NCBI GenBank assembly: GCA_050916045.1
Contig: CP051526.1
Span: forward strand, 1,856,001-1,920,000
DNA from: Tepidisphaera sp.
Lineage (GTDB): Bacteria; Planctomycetota; Phycisphaerae; Phycisphaerales; UBA1924
Direction: 5' to 3'
DNA: 64,000 nt
The notes under the pieces: generated by a model
Databases searched by the model: none
Told to the model about the DNA's origin: nothing
The model's input: the letters and a program-made list of their open reading frames with translations, nothing else
Position numbers and translations under genes: made by a program
Shown: piece after piece, positions 9,840 to 19,165 of the stretch
How positions within the stretch are numbered: position 1 is the first letter of the stretch
How the letters are laid out: each line of letters opens with the position of its first letter

Positions 9840-12800
9840 ATGAACAAGTCGACCATCGCGGCGCTGATGTCCTTCCTCGTTCTGACCGCCGGTCAGGTGT
9901 GCGGGCAGACGGCGCAGCCCGAGCCGCCGCCCGTCCCGCCGGTGGTGGACAAGGACGGCAAGCCGGTCCCCGCCCACACGGCGCTGCAGCCCGCGACAGA
10001 GCCGGCAAAGGAGCCCTCCAAAGACCTCGGGGCGTGGGACGTCGCCAATCCGCCGACCGACGGGTCCGCGGGCGGCTGGGGGTGGCACGATGTCACGCTC
10101 AACACCGACACCGGCACGTGGATGACCCTCGATGTCTCGCCGGACGGGACCACCATCGTGTTCGACATGCTCGGGGACATCTACACGATGCCCATCGGAG
10201 GCTCGGCGGACGGTTCCGGGGTCAAGTGCATCGCGGAGGGGATCCAGTGGGACATGCAGCCGCGGTTCAGCCCCGACGGCAAGTGGATCGCGTTTGTCTC
10301 CGACCGCACCGGCTCAAACGGCAAGGGCGGCGACAACATCTGGGTCATGAAAGCCGACGGCTCGGGCCTTCGTCAGATTACCAAGGAGTCCTTCCGCCTC
10401 GTCACCCAGCCGATCTGGACCCCGGACGGGCAGAACATCATCGCTCGCAAGCACTTCACCAGCCGTCGCAGCCTGGGCGCTGGCGAAATGTGGATGTGGC
10501 ACGTCTCCGGCAAGACCGACGGCCTGCAACTGACCGCCAAGACCAGCGAGCAGAAGGACACCGGCGAGCCCGCGATTTCTCGCGACGGCAGGTATCTCTA
10601 CTACAGCCTCGACGCTTCGGGCGGGTCCAACTTTGAGTACGACAAGGACGGCAACGCGGGGATCTACGCGATCGATCGGCTTGACCTTGTCACCCGCCAG
10701 ACGGATCGCATCATCGCGGGCCCCGGCGGAGCGTGCCGCCCGGTCCCCTCGCCCGACGGCAAGAGCATCGCGTTCGTCCGGCGCGTGCGCTATGTCTCGA
10801 CGCTTTTCGTCATGGATCTCGCCAGCGGCCAGACGCGCGTGCTCAGCGAGAACATGGAACGCGACAACCAGGAGACCTGGGCTGTCCACGGCGTCTACCC
10901 CAACATGGCGTGGACGCCCGACGGCTCGGCGCTCGTCTACTGGGCCAAGGGCAAGATCTGGAAGGTCACGGCGGCGGGCGGCAAGCCTGAGAACATCCCG
11001 TTCCGCGTGAAGTCGACCCGAAAGATCGCAAACGCCGTGCGGTCGACCATCGAGGTCGCTCCCGAAAAGTTCGACGTCAAGATGATGCGGAACGTCCGCG
11101 TCTCGCCCAAGGGCGACCGGGTTGTCTTCCAGGCTCTCGGTCATCTCTACATTGCCGATCTCAAGGACGGCGCGGCCGGCGAACCCCGCCGCGTCACGAA
11201 AGCCACCGACGAATTCGAGTTTGATCCCGCGTGGTCGCCCGAAGGTCTGCGCATCGCGTACATCTCGTGGAACGACGACCGGCTCAACACCGTCCGCATC
11301 GTGAACGTCGCGACGGGCGTTGCGACCGACATCACGGTCGAGCCCGGCCACTACACCGATCCCGCGTTCAGCCACGACGGGATGAACCTCGCGTACGTCA
11401 AGACCGGCGGCGGGTACATCACTTCGCCGCTTTGGGGCCGGGACCCCGGCGTGTATGTCGCGTCCGGCCTCAATCGGGACGCTCCGATGAGCGTGGGCCG
11501 CGTCAGCACGCGGGGGAGCAATCCGCAGTTCGGAGCCGACAGCCAGCGGGTGCTCATCACCGTCCGCGACGGCGGCTCGGATTCCGACAAGGTCTCGCTG
11601 GTCAGCGTGCCGATCACGGGCGTCACGCCGCAGGAGCAGGAGCGGGTCATCGCTCGGAGCGACTGGGCGACCGAGTTCACGGTGTCGCCCGACGGCAAGT
11701 GGCTTGCCTTCGCCGAACGATTCAATGTCTACGCGACGCCGATGCAGGGCCTTGGCGTGGGGAAAGCAATCGACCTCTCGCCGACGGCGAACTCCGTGCC
11801 GGTGGTCAAGCTCTCCTCGCAAGCCGGCAACGGCATCCACTGGGCTTCGGATTCGGCTTCCCTCCACTGGTCGATCGGGCCGGAGGTCTTCACGCAGAAG
11901 GTCGGCGAGGCGCTCCGCGCCGCAGGGTTTGAGCCTGAGGTCGTCGCCGAGCCGGTGAAAGCCAGCTCGATCAAGATCGCGATGTCCCGCGCGTCCGACA
12001 CGCCCAAAGCCGCCGACGGCTCTTCGGTCGTCACCGCGTGGACCAACGTCAAGATCCTGACCGCCGCCGACGGCCCGACCGGCCGCGGCCTGGGTGTCAT
12101 CGATCGCGGCGTGATCGTCGTGACCGGCAATCGCATCACGGCGGTTGGGCCGGCGGACTCGACGAAGATTCCCGCGGGCGCGACGGTGGTCGACGGCAGG
12201 GGCGGGGTGATCATGCCCGGCATCGTCGATGTTCACTTCCACGGCGCTCAGGGTGAGCACGGCGTCACCCCGCAGCGGAACTGGATCAACCACGCCAACC
12301 TCGCCTTCGGCGTGACAACCCTTCACGACCCGAGCAACGACACCGAGTCGATCTTCGCGGCTTCCGAGCTTCAGAAAGCCGGCATGATCCTCGCCCCGCG
12401 GATCTACTCCACCGGGACGATCCTGTACGGCGCGACGGGAGCGTTCAAAGCCGAGATCGAGTCCCTCGACGATGCGATCTTCCACACCAAACGCATGCAG
12501 GCCGTCGGCGCCTGGAGCGTCAAAAGCTACAACCAGCCCCGCCGCGATCAGCGGCAGATGGTCCTCGAAGCCGCCCGTCGCCTTGGCATGATGGTCGTCC
12601 CCGAGGGCGGCGCGCTCTACCAGCACAACATGACGATGGTCGTCGACGGGCACACCACCGTCGAGCACACGATCCCCGTCGGCCGCGTCTACGGCGATGT
12701 CACCACCATGTGGGGCGCGAGCGCCACCGGCTACACCCCGACGCTCGTCGTCGCGTACGGCGGCATGGGCGGCGAAAACTACTGGTACGCCAAGACGAAC

Positions 12801-13439
12801 GTCTGGGAGAACCAGCGGCTGATGAGCTTCGTGCCGCGGTACGTCGTGGACCCGCGTTCGCGTCGCCGCGTCGACGCTCCCGATGTCGAGTGGAACCACA
12901 TCGAACAGTCCAGGGTCGCCAAAGCCGTGCTTGACGCCAAGGAAGCGGACCTCTTCAAGAACAAGGACATCAAGCTGCCCGGCGGCGGCCCCAGCCTCGG
13001 GGCCCACGGCCAGATGGCGGGGATCGGCCCGCACTGGGAGCTTTGGATGTTCGAGCAGGGCGGGATGACCCCGCTTGAGTCCATCCGCGCGGCCACGATC
13101 GACGGGGCCCGGTCGCTCGGGCTCGACAAGGACATCGGGTCGATCGAGGTGGGCAAGCTCGCGGACTTCCTCTTGCTCGCCAAGGACCCCTCCGAGAGCC
13201 TGCGCAACTCCGAGACCATCACGAAGGTGGTGCTCAACGGCCGGATCTACGACGCGGCCACGCTCGCGGAACTGACCCCCGGCGGGGGCGGCCTCAATCC
13301 CGGCACCCGGCCCATCTACTTCTTCGAAGCTCTCCAGAAGGGAAGCGGCACGCCGATGGCGATCGAAGCGATCATGCGGCAGGCGGCCGAAAGCGGCGGC
13401 TTCTGTCACGGCTGCGGTCGTTCGCACGTTTCGCCCTGA
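9840..13439 (+). CDS. Secreted TolB-like (PD40) beta-propeller plus amidohydrolase fusion protein
   Basis: SPDGK repeats; PGIVDVHFH metal-binding motif; GSIEVGKLADF; signal peptide. Confidence 0.9.
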   Translation: MNKSTIAALMSFLVLTAGQVCGQTAQPEPPPVPPVVDKDGKPVPAHTALQPATEPAKEPSKDLGAWDVANPPTDGSAGGWGWHDVTLNTDTGTWMTLDVSPDGTTIVFDMLGDIYTMPIGGSADGSGVKCIAEGIQWDMQPRFSPDGKWIAFVSDRTGSNGKGGDNIWVMKADGSGLRQITKESFRLVTQPIWTPDGQNIIARKHFTSRRSLGAGEMWMWHVSGKTDGLQLTAKTSEQKDTGEPAISRDGRYLYYSLDASGGSNFEYDKDGNAGIYAIDRLDLVTRQTDRIIAGPGGACRPVPSPDGKSIAFVRRVRYVSTLFVMDLASGQTRVLSENMERDNQETWAVHGVYPNMAWTPDGSALVYWAKGKIWKVTAAGGKPENIPFRVKSTRKIANAVRSTIEVAPEKFDVKMMRNVRVSPKGDRVVFQALGHLYIADLKDGAAGEPRRVTKATDEFEFDPAWSPEGLRIAYISWNDDRLNTVRIVNVATGVATDITVEPGHYTDPAFSHDGMNLAYVKTGGGYITSPLWGRDPGVYVASGLNRDAPMSVGRVSTRGSNPQFGADSQRVLITVRDGGSDSDKVSLVSVPITGVTPQEQERVIARSDWATEFTVSPDGKWLAFAERFNVYATPMQGLGVGKAIDLSPTANSVPVVKLSSQAGNGIHWASDSASLHWSIGPEVFTQKVGEALRAAGFEPEVVAEPVKASSIKIAMSRASDTPKAADGSSVVTAWTNVKILTAADGPTGRGLGVIDRGVIVVTGNRITAVGPADSTKIPAGATVVDGRGGVIMPGIVDVHFHGAQGEHGVTPQRNWINHANLAFGVTTLHDPSNDTESIFAASELQKAGMILAPRIYSTGTILYGATGAFKAEIESLDDAIFHTKRMQAVGAWSVKSYNQPRRDQRQMVLEAARRLGMMVVPEGGALYQHNMTMVVDGHTTVEHTIPVGRVYGDVTTMWGASATGYTPTLVVAYGGMGGENYWYAKTNVWENQRLMSFVPRYVVDPRSRRRVDAPDVEWNHIEQSRVAKAVLDAKEADLFKNKDIKLPGGGPSLGAHGQMAGIGPHWELWMFEQGGMTPLESIRAATIDGARSLGLDKDIGSIEVGKLADFLLLAKDPSESLRNSETITKVVLNGRIYDAATLAELTPGGGGLNPGTRPIYFFEALQKGSGTPMAIEAIMRQAAESGGFCHGCGRSHVSP

Positions 13440-13786
13440 TCGGCTCGCTCGAAACCCCGTGAGTGGACATCATGCGAACTGACACCTACCATCTGGCTCA
13501 AGCCAGTGGCCTCAGTCTTTCTCGCGCCTCTCGGACACTGTCCTCAGGAGGCTTGGAGCGTTCTGGGAATCTGCTGGCGGCCCCGCCTCTGACGCATGAC
13601 GCGTTCCGGCTGGGCTGAGCAGTGCTCCCCGGGCGGGCCCAAGCGGCCCAGCCTTCGCGGGAGCGACCAGTACGGCCTTGCTTGTCCCAATTGTGTTGGT
13701 GCAAGGAACGCCCGAAACACACGGCTTTCGCCGCGCGGTGGTCTCTCTTTGACCCCCCTCCGGAGAAAGCGTGAGGAGCTTTCGTT

Positions 13787-15490
13787 TTGACGACCGATCC
13801 GATTCTGTTCTCTTCTCTCAACCTCGCCCCGCAGATCCTCGAGACCGTCGAGGCCGAGGGCTACACGACGCCGACGCCCATCCAGGCCAAGACCATCCCC
13901 GCCACGCTGCTGGGACGCGATGTGCTCGGCTGCGCCCAGACGGGCACCGGCAAGACGGCCGCGTTCGCCCTGCCGATCCTGCACAAGCTTCTGACCTCCC
14001 CGCGGGACAAGTCCCACCGGGGCCGTCCGCTCGCCCGCGTCCTGATCCTCTCGCCCACGCGCGAGCTTGCGACGCAGATCGCCGAGAGCTTCAAGACCTA
14101 CGGCAAGAACACGGGCGTCTCGGGCACGACGATCTACGGCGGCGTGAGCCAGCGCGGCCAGGTCCGCGACCTTGAGCGGGGCATCGACGTGATCGTCGCG
14201 ACCCCGGGCCGCCTGCTTGACCTCATGGAGCAGGGGCACGTCGACCTCTCGGGGATCACGACCTTCGTCCTGGACGAAGCCGACCGCATGCTCGACATGG
14301 GGTTCATCACGCCCATCCGCGATATCGCCCGCAAGATCCCCAAGGAAGGCCGCCAGACGCTCCTCTTCTCGGCGACGATGCCCAAGGAGATCCAGCACCT
14401 GGCCGAGTCGCTCCTGACGGACCCGGTCCGCGTCTCGGTCACGCCGGTCGCCTCCGCGGCCCCGATGATCGAGCAGCGGCTCTTCATGGTGCCGCGTCAG
14501 CAGAAGCTCGGTCTGCTCATGCACCTCATCGAGCAGGAGAAGGTCCAGCGGGCGGTGGTCTTCAGCAAGACCAAGCACGGCGCGGACAAGCTCTGCAAGC
14601 GGCTGGTCCAGCTCGGCGTCACCGCGACGGCGATCCACGGGAACAAAGCCCAGAATCAGCGCGACCGGGCCCTCGATGCGTTCAAGATGGGCCGCGTCCG
14701 CGTGCTCGTGGCGACCGACGTCGCCGCCCGCGGCCTGGACGTCGACCACATCTCGCACGTCTTCAACTTCGACCTCCCGATGGAGCCCGAGGCCTACGTC
14801 CATCGCATCGGCCGCACGGGCCGCGCGGGGGCGACGGGGATCTCGATCTCCTTCTGCGATGGGGAAGAACGCGACCTGCTGCGGCAGATCGAGCGCCTGA
14901 CGAACAAGAAGATCCCGATGTTCCCGCTTCCGACGGGCGTGGCTCTCAATATCCCGCTCCGGGACCCCAACGCGACGCTCGAAGAGCGTGAACGCGAGTG
15001 GGGCGGCCACCCCGAGCGGCAGTTCCACCCGGTCCAGCGTCACCTCCGCGAGCGGCACGATCACCCGGAGGCAGGCCAGGGCCACCGGGTCCCGCCGCAC
15101 CGTCCCGAGCACCCGTTGAACGCGGGAAGCGGTGGGGGCGGTGGTGGAAGCGGTGGGGGTGGTGGGGGCCAGAGGCTGCACGGCTTTGGCGGGGGCGAGA
15201 TGGAGCGTCCCTTCCGGTCCCCTCCGCCCAAGCGGCCGGGGATGCAGGGTGACCGCAGGCGGTCCGGGCCGGGCTCTTCCGGACATGGGTCGGGCGGCGG
15301 GGGCTATGGCTCCGGCGGGTCCGGCTCTTCGGGCGGCCATGGTGGGGGCGGTGGGGGTGGTGGTGGGGGTTATTCCTCGCAGCGGGGCGGCTCGAACGCT
15401 TCCAACTCCGCCTTCGGCGACAAGAACACCAAAGACAAGGGCAAGCCCAAGTGGGCGAGCGCCGGCAAGGGCAAGCCGCGGGGCAGGTAG
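13787..15490 (+). CDS. DEAD-box RNA helicase (RhlE-like) with Gly/Ser-rich C-terminal tail
   Basis: Q motif PTPIQ, AQTGTGKT, PTRELA, DEAD, SAT, ARGLD, HRIGRTGR; TTG start after GAGGAG. Confidence 0.95.
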   Translation: MTTDPILFSSLNLAPQILETVEAEGYTTPTPIQAKTIPATLLGRDVLGCAQTGTGKTAAFALPILHKLLTSPRDKSHRGRPLARVLILSPTRELATQIAESFKTYGKNTGVSGTTIYGGVSQRGQVRDLERGIDVIVATPGRLLDLMEQGHVDLSGITTFVLDEADRMLDMGFITPIRDIARKIPKEGRQTLLFSATMPKEIQHLAESLLTDPVRVSVTPVASAAPMIEQRLFMVPRQQKLGLLMHLIEQEKVQRAVVFSKTKHGADKLCKRLVQLGVTATAIHGNKAQNQRDRALDAFKMGRVRVLVATDVAARGLDVDHISHVFNFDLPMEPEAYVHRIGRTGRAGATGISISFCDGEERDLLRQIERLTNKKIPMFPLPTGVALNIPLRDPNATLEEREREWGGHPERQFHPVQRHLRERHDHPEAGQGHRVPPHRPEHPLNAGSGGGGGGSGGGGGGQRLHGFGGGEMERPFRSPPPKRPGMQGDRRRSGPGSSGHGSGGGGYGSGGSGSSGGHGGGGGGGGGGYSSQRGGSNASNSAFGDKNTKDKGKPKWASAGKGKPRGR

Positions 15491-15597
15491 CCTCATTCCC
15501 GCCGCGACCTTCGGCTCTTTCCTAGGTTTCGGGCGGCCGTCCGCCCGGATCATCGGCATCAGGCTTCCGGCCTGAGACGTCCCTTTCGCGACACCGA

Positions 15598-15656
15598 TCA
15601 AGCACCCAAGCACCAAGCACCCGTGACGCGGCCTCGCCGCCTGCACGGGTGCTTGG
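15598..15656. repeat. Three short CAAGCACC direct repeats merging into a 13-bp-stem hairpin (probable terminator between convergent genes)
   Basis: CAAGCACC-CAAGCAC-CAAGCACCCGTG ... CACGGGTGCTTGG. Confidence 0.6.
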
Positions 15657-15705
15657 TTCGCTTTTGGGGTCTCTCGCCCCGCCCGGCGGCGCGGCGGGGC
15701 CCGGC

Positions 15706-16386
15706 CTAGGCGGCCATGCTGAGGGTCGTGACGGTGACGCCCCCGCTCCCGAGGGTCACGACGAAGACCGGGCTCTCTTCGCCGAGCACTTCGCCCCGCT
15801 GCCCTTGGATGATGTACTGGATGTTGTTCGCGTTGGCGGGCAGGGTCACATCCGTGAACTCCTTGTACCCGCGTGCGTCTCCGCGGCCGCTGCCGGTGGT
15901 CCCGATGAGCGCGAAGCCGCTCTGGCCCGGGAGCTTGCGCTTGACCAGATACACCGTCGAGCCCCCGGGGCTGATGGCCCTGAACCGCAGCGTGACGCTT
16001 CCGGTCGAGCCCAGGTACGCCACGATGTCCTGCGGCTGGCTCGGGGGCGGCGCGGGGGTGGGCGGCTGCGGCGGGGGGATCTGCGCGATCACGTAGACGT
16101 TGGGGTTGTTGGTGATTTCGGCGAACGCCTTGATCGACGCGACCCCTTCGGAGAGGAGCGACACCATCGCGGCCCGGCTGGTGGCCAGCGCGCCCGTCGC
16201 CGCCTTGGACGCCTGGCGCGCCGCTTCGGCGTTGTCGAATTTCAGGCGGCAATCGGCGACGGCGGCCTTGATCGCGGTGGCTTGCGGCCCTGTCAAACCA
16301 ATCAGGAGCGCTTGACTGACCCAGAGGTCATCGTGCTGCTCGCCGAAGATGATCTGCTCGATGATGCGGTCGGGAATGACGCCCAT
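15706..16386 (-). CDS. Hypothetical protein: N-terminal helical region, Pro-rich linker, FN3/Ig-like beta domain, C-terminal -LSMAA
   Basis: AAGGAG RBS before ATG 16386; Ala-rich amphipathic helices, IPPPQPPTPAPPPSQP linker, beta-strand pattern VTLRF/YLVKRK/FTDVTL/YIIQGQ. Confidence 0.75.
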   Translation of the reverse strand: MGVIPDRIIEQIIFGEQHDDLWVSQALLIGLTGPQATAIKAAVADCRLKFDNAEAARQASKAATGALATSRAAMVSLLSEGVASIKAFAEITNNPNVYVIAQIPPPQPPTPAPPPSQPQDIVAYLGSTGSVTLRFRAISPGGSTVYLVKRKLPGQSGFALIGTTGSGRGDARGYKEFTDVTLPANANNIQYIIQGQRGEVLGEESPVFVVTLGSGGVTVTTLSMAA

Positions 16387-16560
16387 GGGAGGCTCCTTGC
16401 CCGGGCTCGCGCCCCCTACGCGGGGCCCCCGTGCCCGGGGTGTGCTGTTGTTCCTCGTCCCCGCCGTCCGCCGCACTCCACATTCACGCGGCACACCGAT
16501 GTGCTTCTTTTCTAGGACCACCCTCGCACCCCTGAACTCCCCGGTTGCGTTCCTCAACCC

Positions 16561-17283
16561 TTAGCCCACTTTCCTCACGGAGCCCCGCTTGGCTTTCTGG
16601 TGCGTCTGGGGGGTGACGTGGAAGGTCGCGACGACCCGCCCGACGCGGCGGTCCTTGCTTGCCATCTTCTCCATCAGGGCTTTCTTGCGATCCCCCGCGT
16701 CTCCCTTGCCCACCACGGCCCCCACGGTGTTCTTGACGACCTTGGGGAGGACCGCCTGCTGGATCACGTCCATCTCGACCGTGAGGTTGAACTCCTCCCC
16801 GGCGTCGAGCAACCCCTGGAGCTGGTCGTTGGGGACCACCTTGTACAGCGCGGGCCCCAGGCACGGGCGGAGGAACTTGTACGTCAGCTCCTTGCAGACG
16901 ATGGTCCACTCGCCGCCGGTGATCCCGAAGATGTACATCCCCCCCGCGATCTCGGCGTTGCCGAGGAGAGCGGCCCCGGCCATCGCGTTGTACCAGTTGC
17001 GGTTAAACCGCCGGAAGGGAAGCTCGGCCGCGAAGGTCTTGTCATCCAGCCGCCGCATCCGGATCCCCGAGCGGAAGGCATAGGGAAGCCAGACCATGGA
17101 ACAGACCCGGTGCCAGAAGTTGCTGGTGCTGGAGAGACGGGCGATCCACTGCTCGAAGCGGTCCATCCACGACAGCTTGACGGCGGGAACCGCCGACGGC
17201 ACGGCGACATCGGCCGCCTGCCCGGTCGGGGGCAGCGGGGCACGGCTGGGGTGGGGGTCGTGTTCGAGGTTCGCCTGGGACAC
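16561..17283 (-). CDS. Hot-dog-fold thioesterase-like (DUF4442-like) protein; start uncertain (GTG 17283 or ATG 17166)
   Basis: LPFRRFNRNWYNAMAGAALLGNAEIAGG and ELTYKFLRP resemble the PaaI/DUF4442 pattern. Confidence 0.65.
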   Translation of the reverse strand: MSQANLEHDPHPSRAPLPPTGQAADVAVPSAVPAVKLSWMDRFEQWIARLSSTSNFWHRVCSMVWLPYAFRSGIRMRRLDDKTFAAELPFRRFNRNWYNAMAGAALLGNAEIAGGMYIFGITGGEWTIVCKELTYKFLRPCLGPALYKVVPNDQLQGLLDAGEEFNLTVEMDVIQQAVLPKVVKNTVGAVVGKGDAGDRKKALMEKMASKDRRVGRVVATFHVTPQTHQKAKRGSVRKVG

Positions 17284-17343
17284 CGGGGGAACTGTAGGGG
17301 GACAGGGCCGGGGGGTGTGGGGGGAAGGGACGCGACCCCCGCC

Positions 17344-17510
17344 TTGCGGAGCGCCAGCCAAGGGTTGCGGAGCGCAAGGGTCGGGTTGAGAAGCGCAAGC
17401 CACGGGTTGCGGAGCGCAAGGGCCGGGTTGCGGAGCGCAACCGCCACCTTGAGGAGCGCAAGCCAAGGGTTGCGGAGCGCGCCCGCCACCTTGCGGAGCG
17501 CAAGCCAAAG
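17344..17510. repeat. Tandem array of 8 x 21-bp units, core TTGCGGAGCGCAA plus 8-nt variable linker
   Basis: Units start at 17344, 17365, 17386, 17407, 17428, 17449, 17470, 17491. Confidence 0.95.
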
Positions 17511-17556
17511 CGGATCACCGCTCGCTCGGGCGGGGCCGCAGGATTCCAGCTCCAGA

Positions 17557-19086
17557 TCAGAGCCCCAGCTTCGCCGCGGCTTTCCACGCCCCCTCGCTCC
17601 ACGGGGCTTCCTCCATCAGTTCCAGCAGCTTGATCCGTGCCGCATCGTCCAACTCCGCAGGGAGGGTGGGGAGGGAGGCTTCGAGCGCTGTCCACTTCTT
17701 CGCCCCCGCCTCCGCCCGGGCCAGAGCCGCCGCCCGCCCCGGCTCATCCACCCACCGCAAAGCCTCCGCGTACGTCTCGCGCGGCGGGAACTCGTGCCCG
17801 AGCCCCGGGATGTTCCACACGCGGACCGTGAGCCCGTCCTTGCTCATGGCGTCCGTCGCGGCGAGGCCTTGGAAGTGGTTGAAGTCCTTCTCGCCCGTCG
17901 TCGAAGCGAGCCGGTGCTTGGTCAGGAGCTTCCAGCGAGCCGGGCTTGGCCGCTGGAAGTACGCCGGCCAGATCTTTCCCTCGGGGTTCTGCAGGTCGCG
18001 GTAATGGGCGACCCCCGCCATCGAGACAGCGCCCGTGAAGAGATCCGGGAAGCACCCCACGGCCAGGCTCGACATCCGCCCGCCGCCAGAGATCCCCGTC
18101 GCGTAGGTGCGGGCTTGATCGACATGCACCAGCCGCTGCGCCGTGGCGAGGGCGTCGAGGACGAGCTGCATGCGGTCGCCCGTCGGCGTGCTGTTCCCCT
18201 GGCTCGTGAACCCCGCGATGGCGATCCCAAGCTCATCGCAGGCGGCCTGAAGCAGGTCCGGCGGCTCGCCGACCGGGGATGGGTCGATGTACACGAGCAA
18301 GCCGACGGGCGTCCGGGGCGAGTAGCCCTTGGGCACGCGGAGGAACACCCGCGAGTCCCCGAGCTTCCGCGTCGCGGGCTTGACGATCACCCGCGTGCCC
18401 ATGAGGCCGCGATCCGAAAGCGTCCGCTCATCCATCCAGAACGCCCCCGGGGCCTGAAGGACCGCGGGGATCTCGACGGACTTCTGGGCCGCGAGGGGCG
18501 CGGGCGGACGGTCCCACGGCCCGATGTACGGGTTCCACGTCGCCGCGAGCGGGCCGAAGAGGTCGGGCTTGAGCTCGCGCGGCTTGTCCGGCGAGCCAAG
18601 GGCCGCCGAGGCGGATTCCGGATTCTCTCTCCACGCGAGGAACTCCGCGTGCGAGCCGCGGACGAGCCGGATGCGACCTTCGCCTTTGGCCCCGGCGACA
18701 ATGAGCGTCGCCCACGGTGCCGGGTCGAACGCATCTTCGGCCTTCCCCTGCTTGATTGCCGCAAAGCCCCCCGGCGAGCGGCGGAGGAGCGTGATCTGCT
18801 CCTTGGTGAGCTCAACGCCGCCGAGGAGGCGCTGGGCCATCGGCGGCCAGGGCTTCCCGCTTGGAGCGGCCGGCGGCAAGCCGCTTGGAGCCGCGGCCGG
18901 AGCCGCCGCGCCGGGCCCGGGCTTGGGCAGGCCGCCATCCTCGGCCGGCGGCTCAAAGAGCACAAAGGCCCGCGTGGGCGCCGCACGGTCGATGTCAAAG
19001 AGCGCCTGGCCGCTGGCACCGGGCGCGCCGCACCCCATCGCCGCCACCAGCACCGCCGCGACCGCCGCCCGACTGGGAATGGACAT
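17557..19086 (-). CDS. Secreted alpha/beta-hydrolase (esterase/PHB-depolymerase-like)
   Basis: Signal peptide; VDQARTYATGISGGG nucleophile elbow; PGLGHE catalytic His region. Confidence 0.75.
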   Translation of the reverse strand: MSIPSRAAVAAVLVAAMGCGAPGASGQALFDIDRAAPTRAFVLFEPPAEDGGLPKPGPGAAAPAAAPSGLPPAAPSGKPWPPMAQRLLGGVELTKEQITLLRRSPGGFAAIKQGKAEDAFDPAPWATLIVAGAKGEGRIRLVRGSHAEFLAWRENPESASAALGSPDKPRELKPDLFGPLAATWNPYIGPWDRPPAPLAAQKSVEIPAVLQAPGAFWMDERTLSDRGLMGTRVIVKPATRKLGDSRVFLRVPKGYSPRTPVGLLVYIDPSPVGEPPDLLQAACDELGIAIAGFTSQGNSTPTGDRMQLVLDALATAQRLVHVDQARTYATGISGGGRMSSLAVGCFPDLFTGAVSMAGVAHYRDLQNPEGKIWPAYFQRPSPARWKLLTKHRLASTTGEKDFNHFQGLAATDAMSKDGLTVRVWNIPGLGHEFPPRETYAEALRWVDEPGRAAALARAEAGAKKWTALEASLPTLPAELDDAARIKLLELMEEAPWSEGAWKAAAKLGL

Positions 19087-19165
19087 CTGGGCCTCCCTTG
19101 CGCGCCCGCACGATGCATGATTCTACGGCGGAACGCAAAACCACGTCACTTGTTTCCCGCTCCTT

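Noticed and set aside
10314..13427. 1037-aa minus-strand ORF, and similar long ORFs such as 2262-3368, 13544-16252, 27362-29629, 30932-32854, 42575-45121, 56267-58987
   Set aside because: Antisense shadows of well-supported genes; stop codons are rare in high-GC DNA and no motifs are recognisable
15125..15372. G-rich GGT/GGC repeats as microsatellite or G-quadruplex element
   Set aside because: Explained by poly-Gly codons in the helicase tail
17284..17508. CAPQ-repeat N-terminal extension of the thioesterase ORF
   Set aside because: Alternative reading of the DNA array with no RBS; more plausible starts lie at 17283 or 17166
17344..17510. CRISPR array interpretation of the 21-bp repeats
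   Set aside because: Constant part is only 13 nt, linkers are 8 nt and recur, and there are no cas genes or leader in the window
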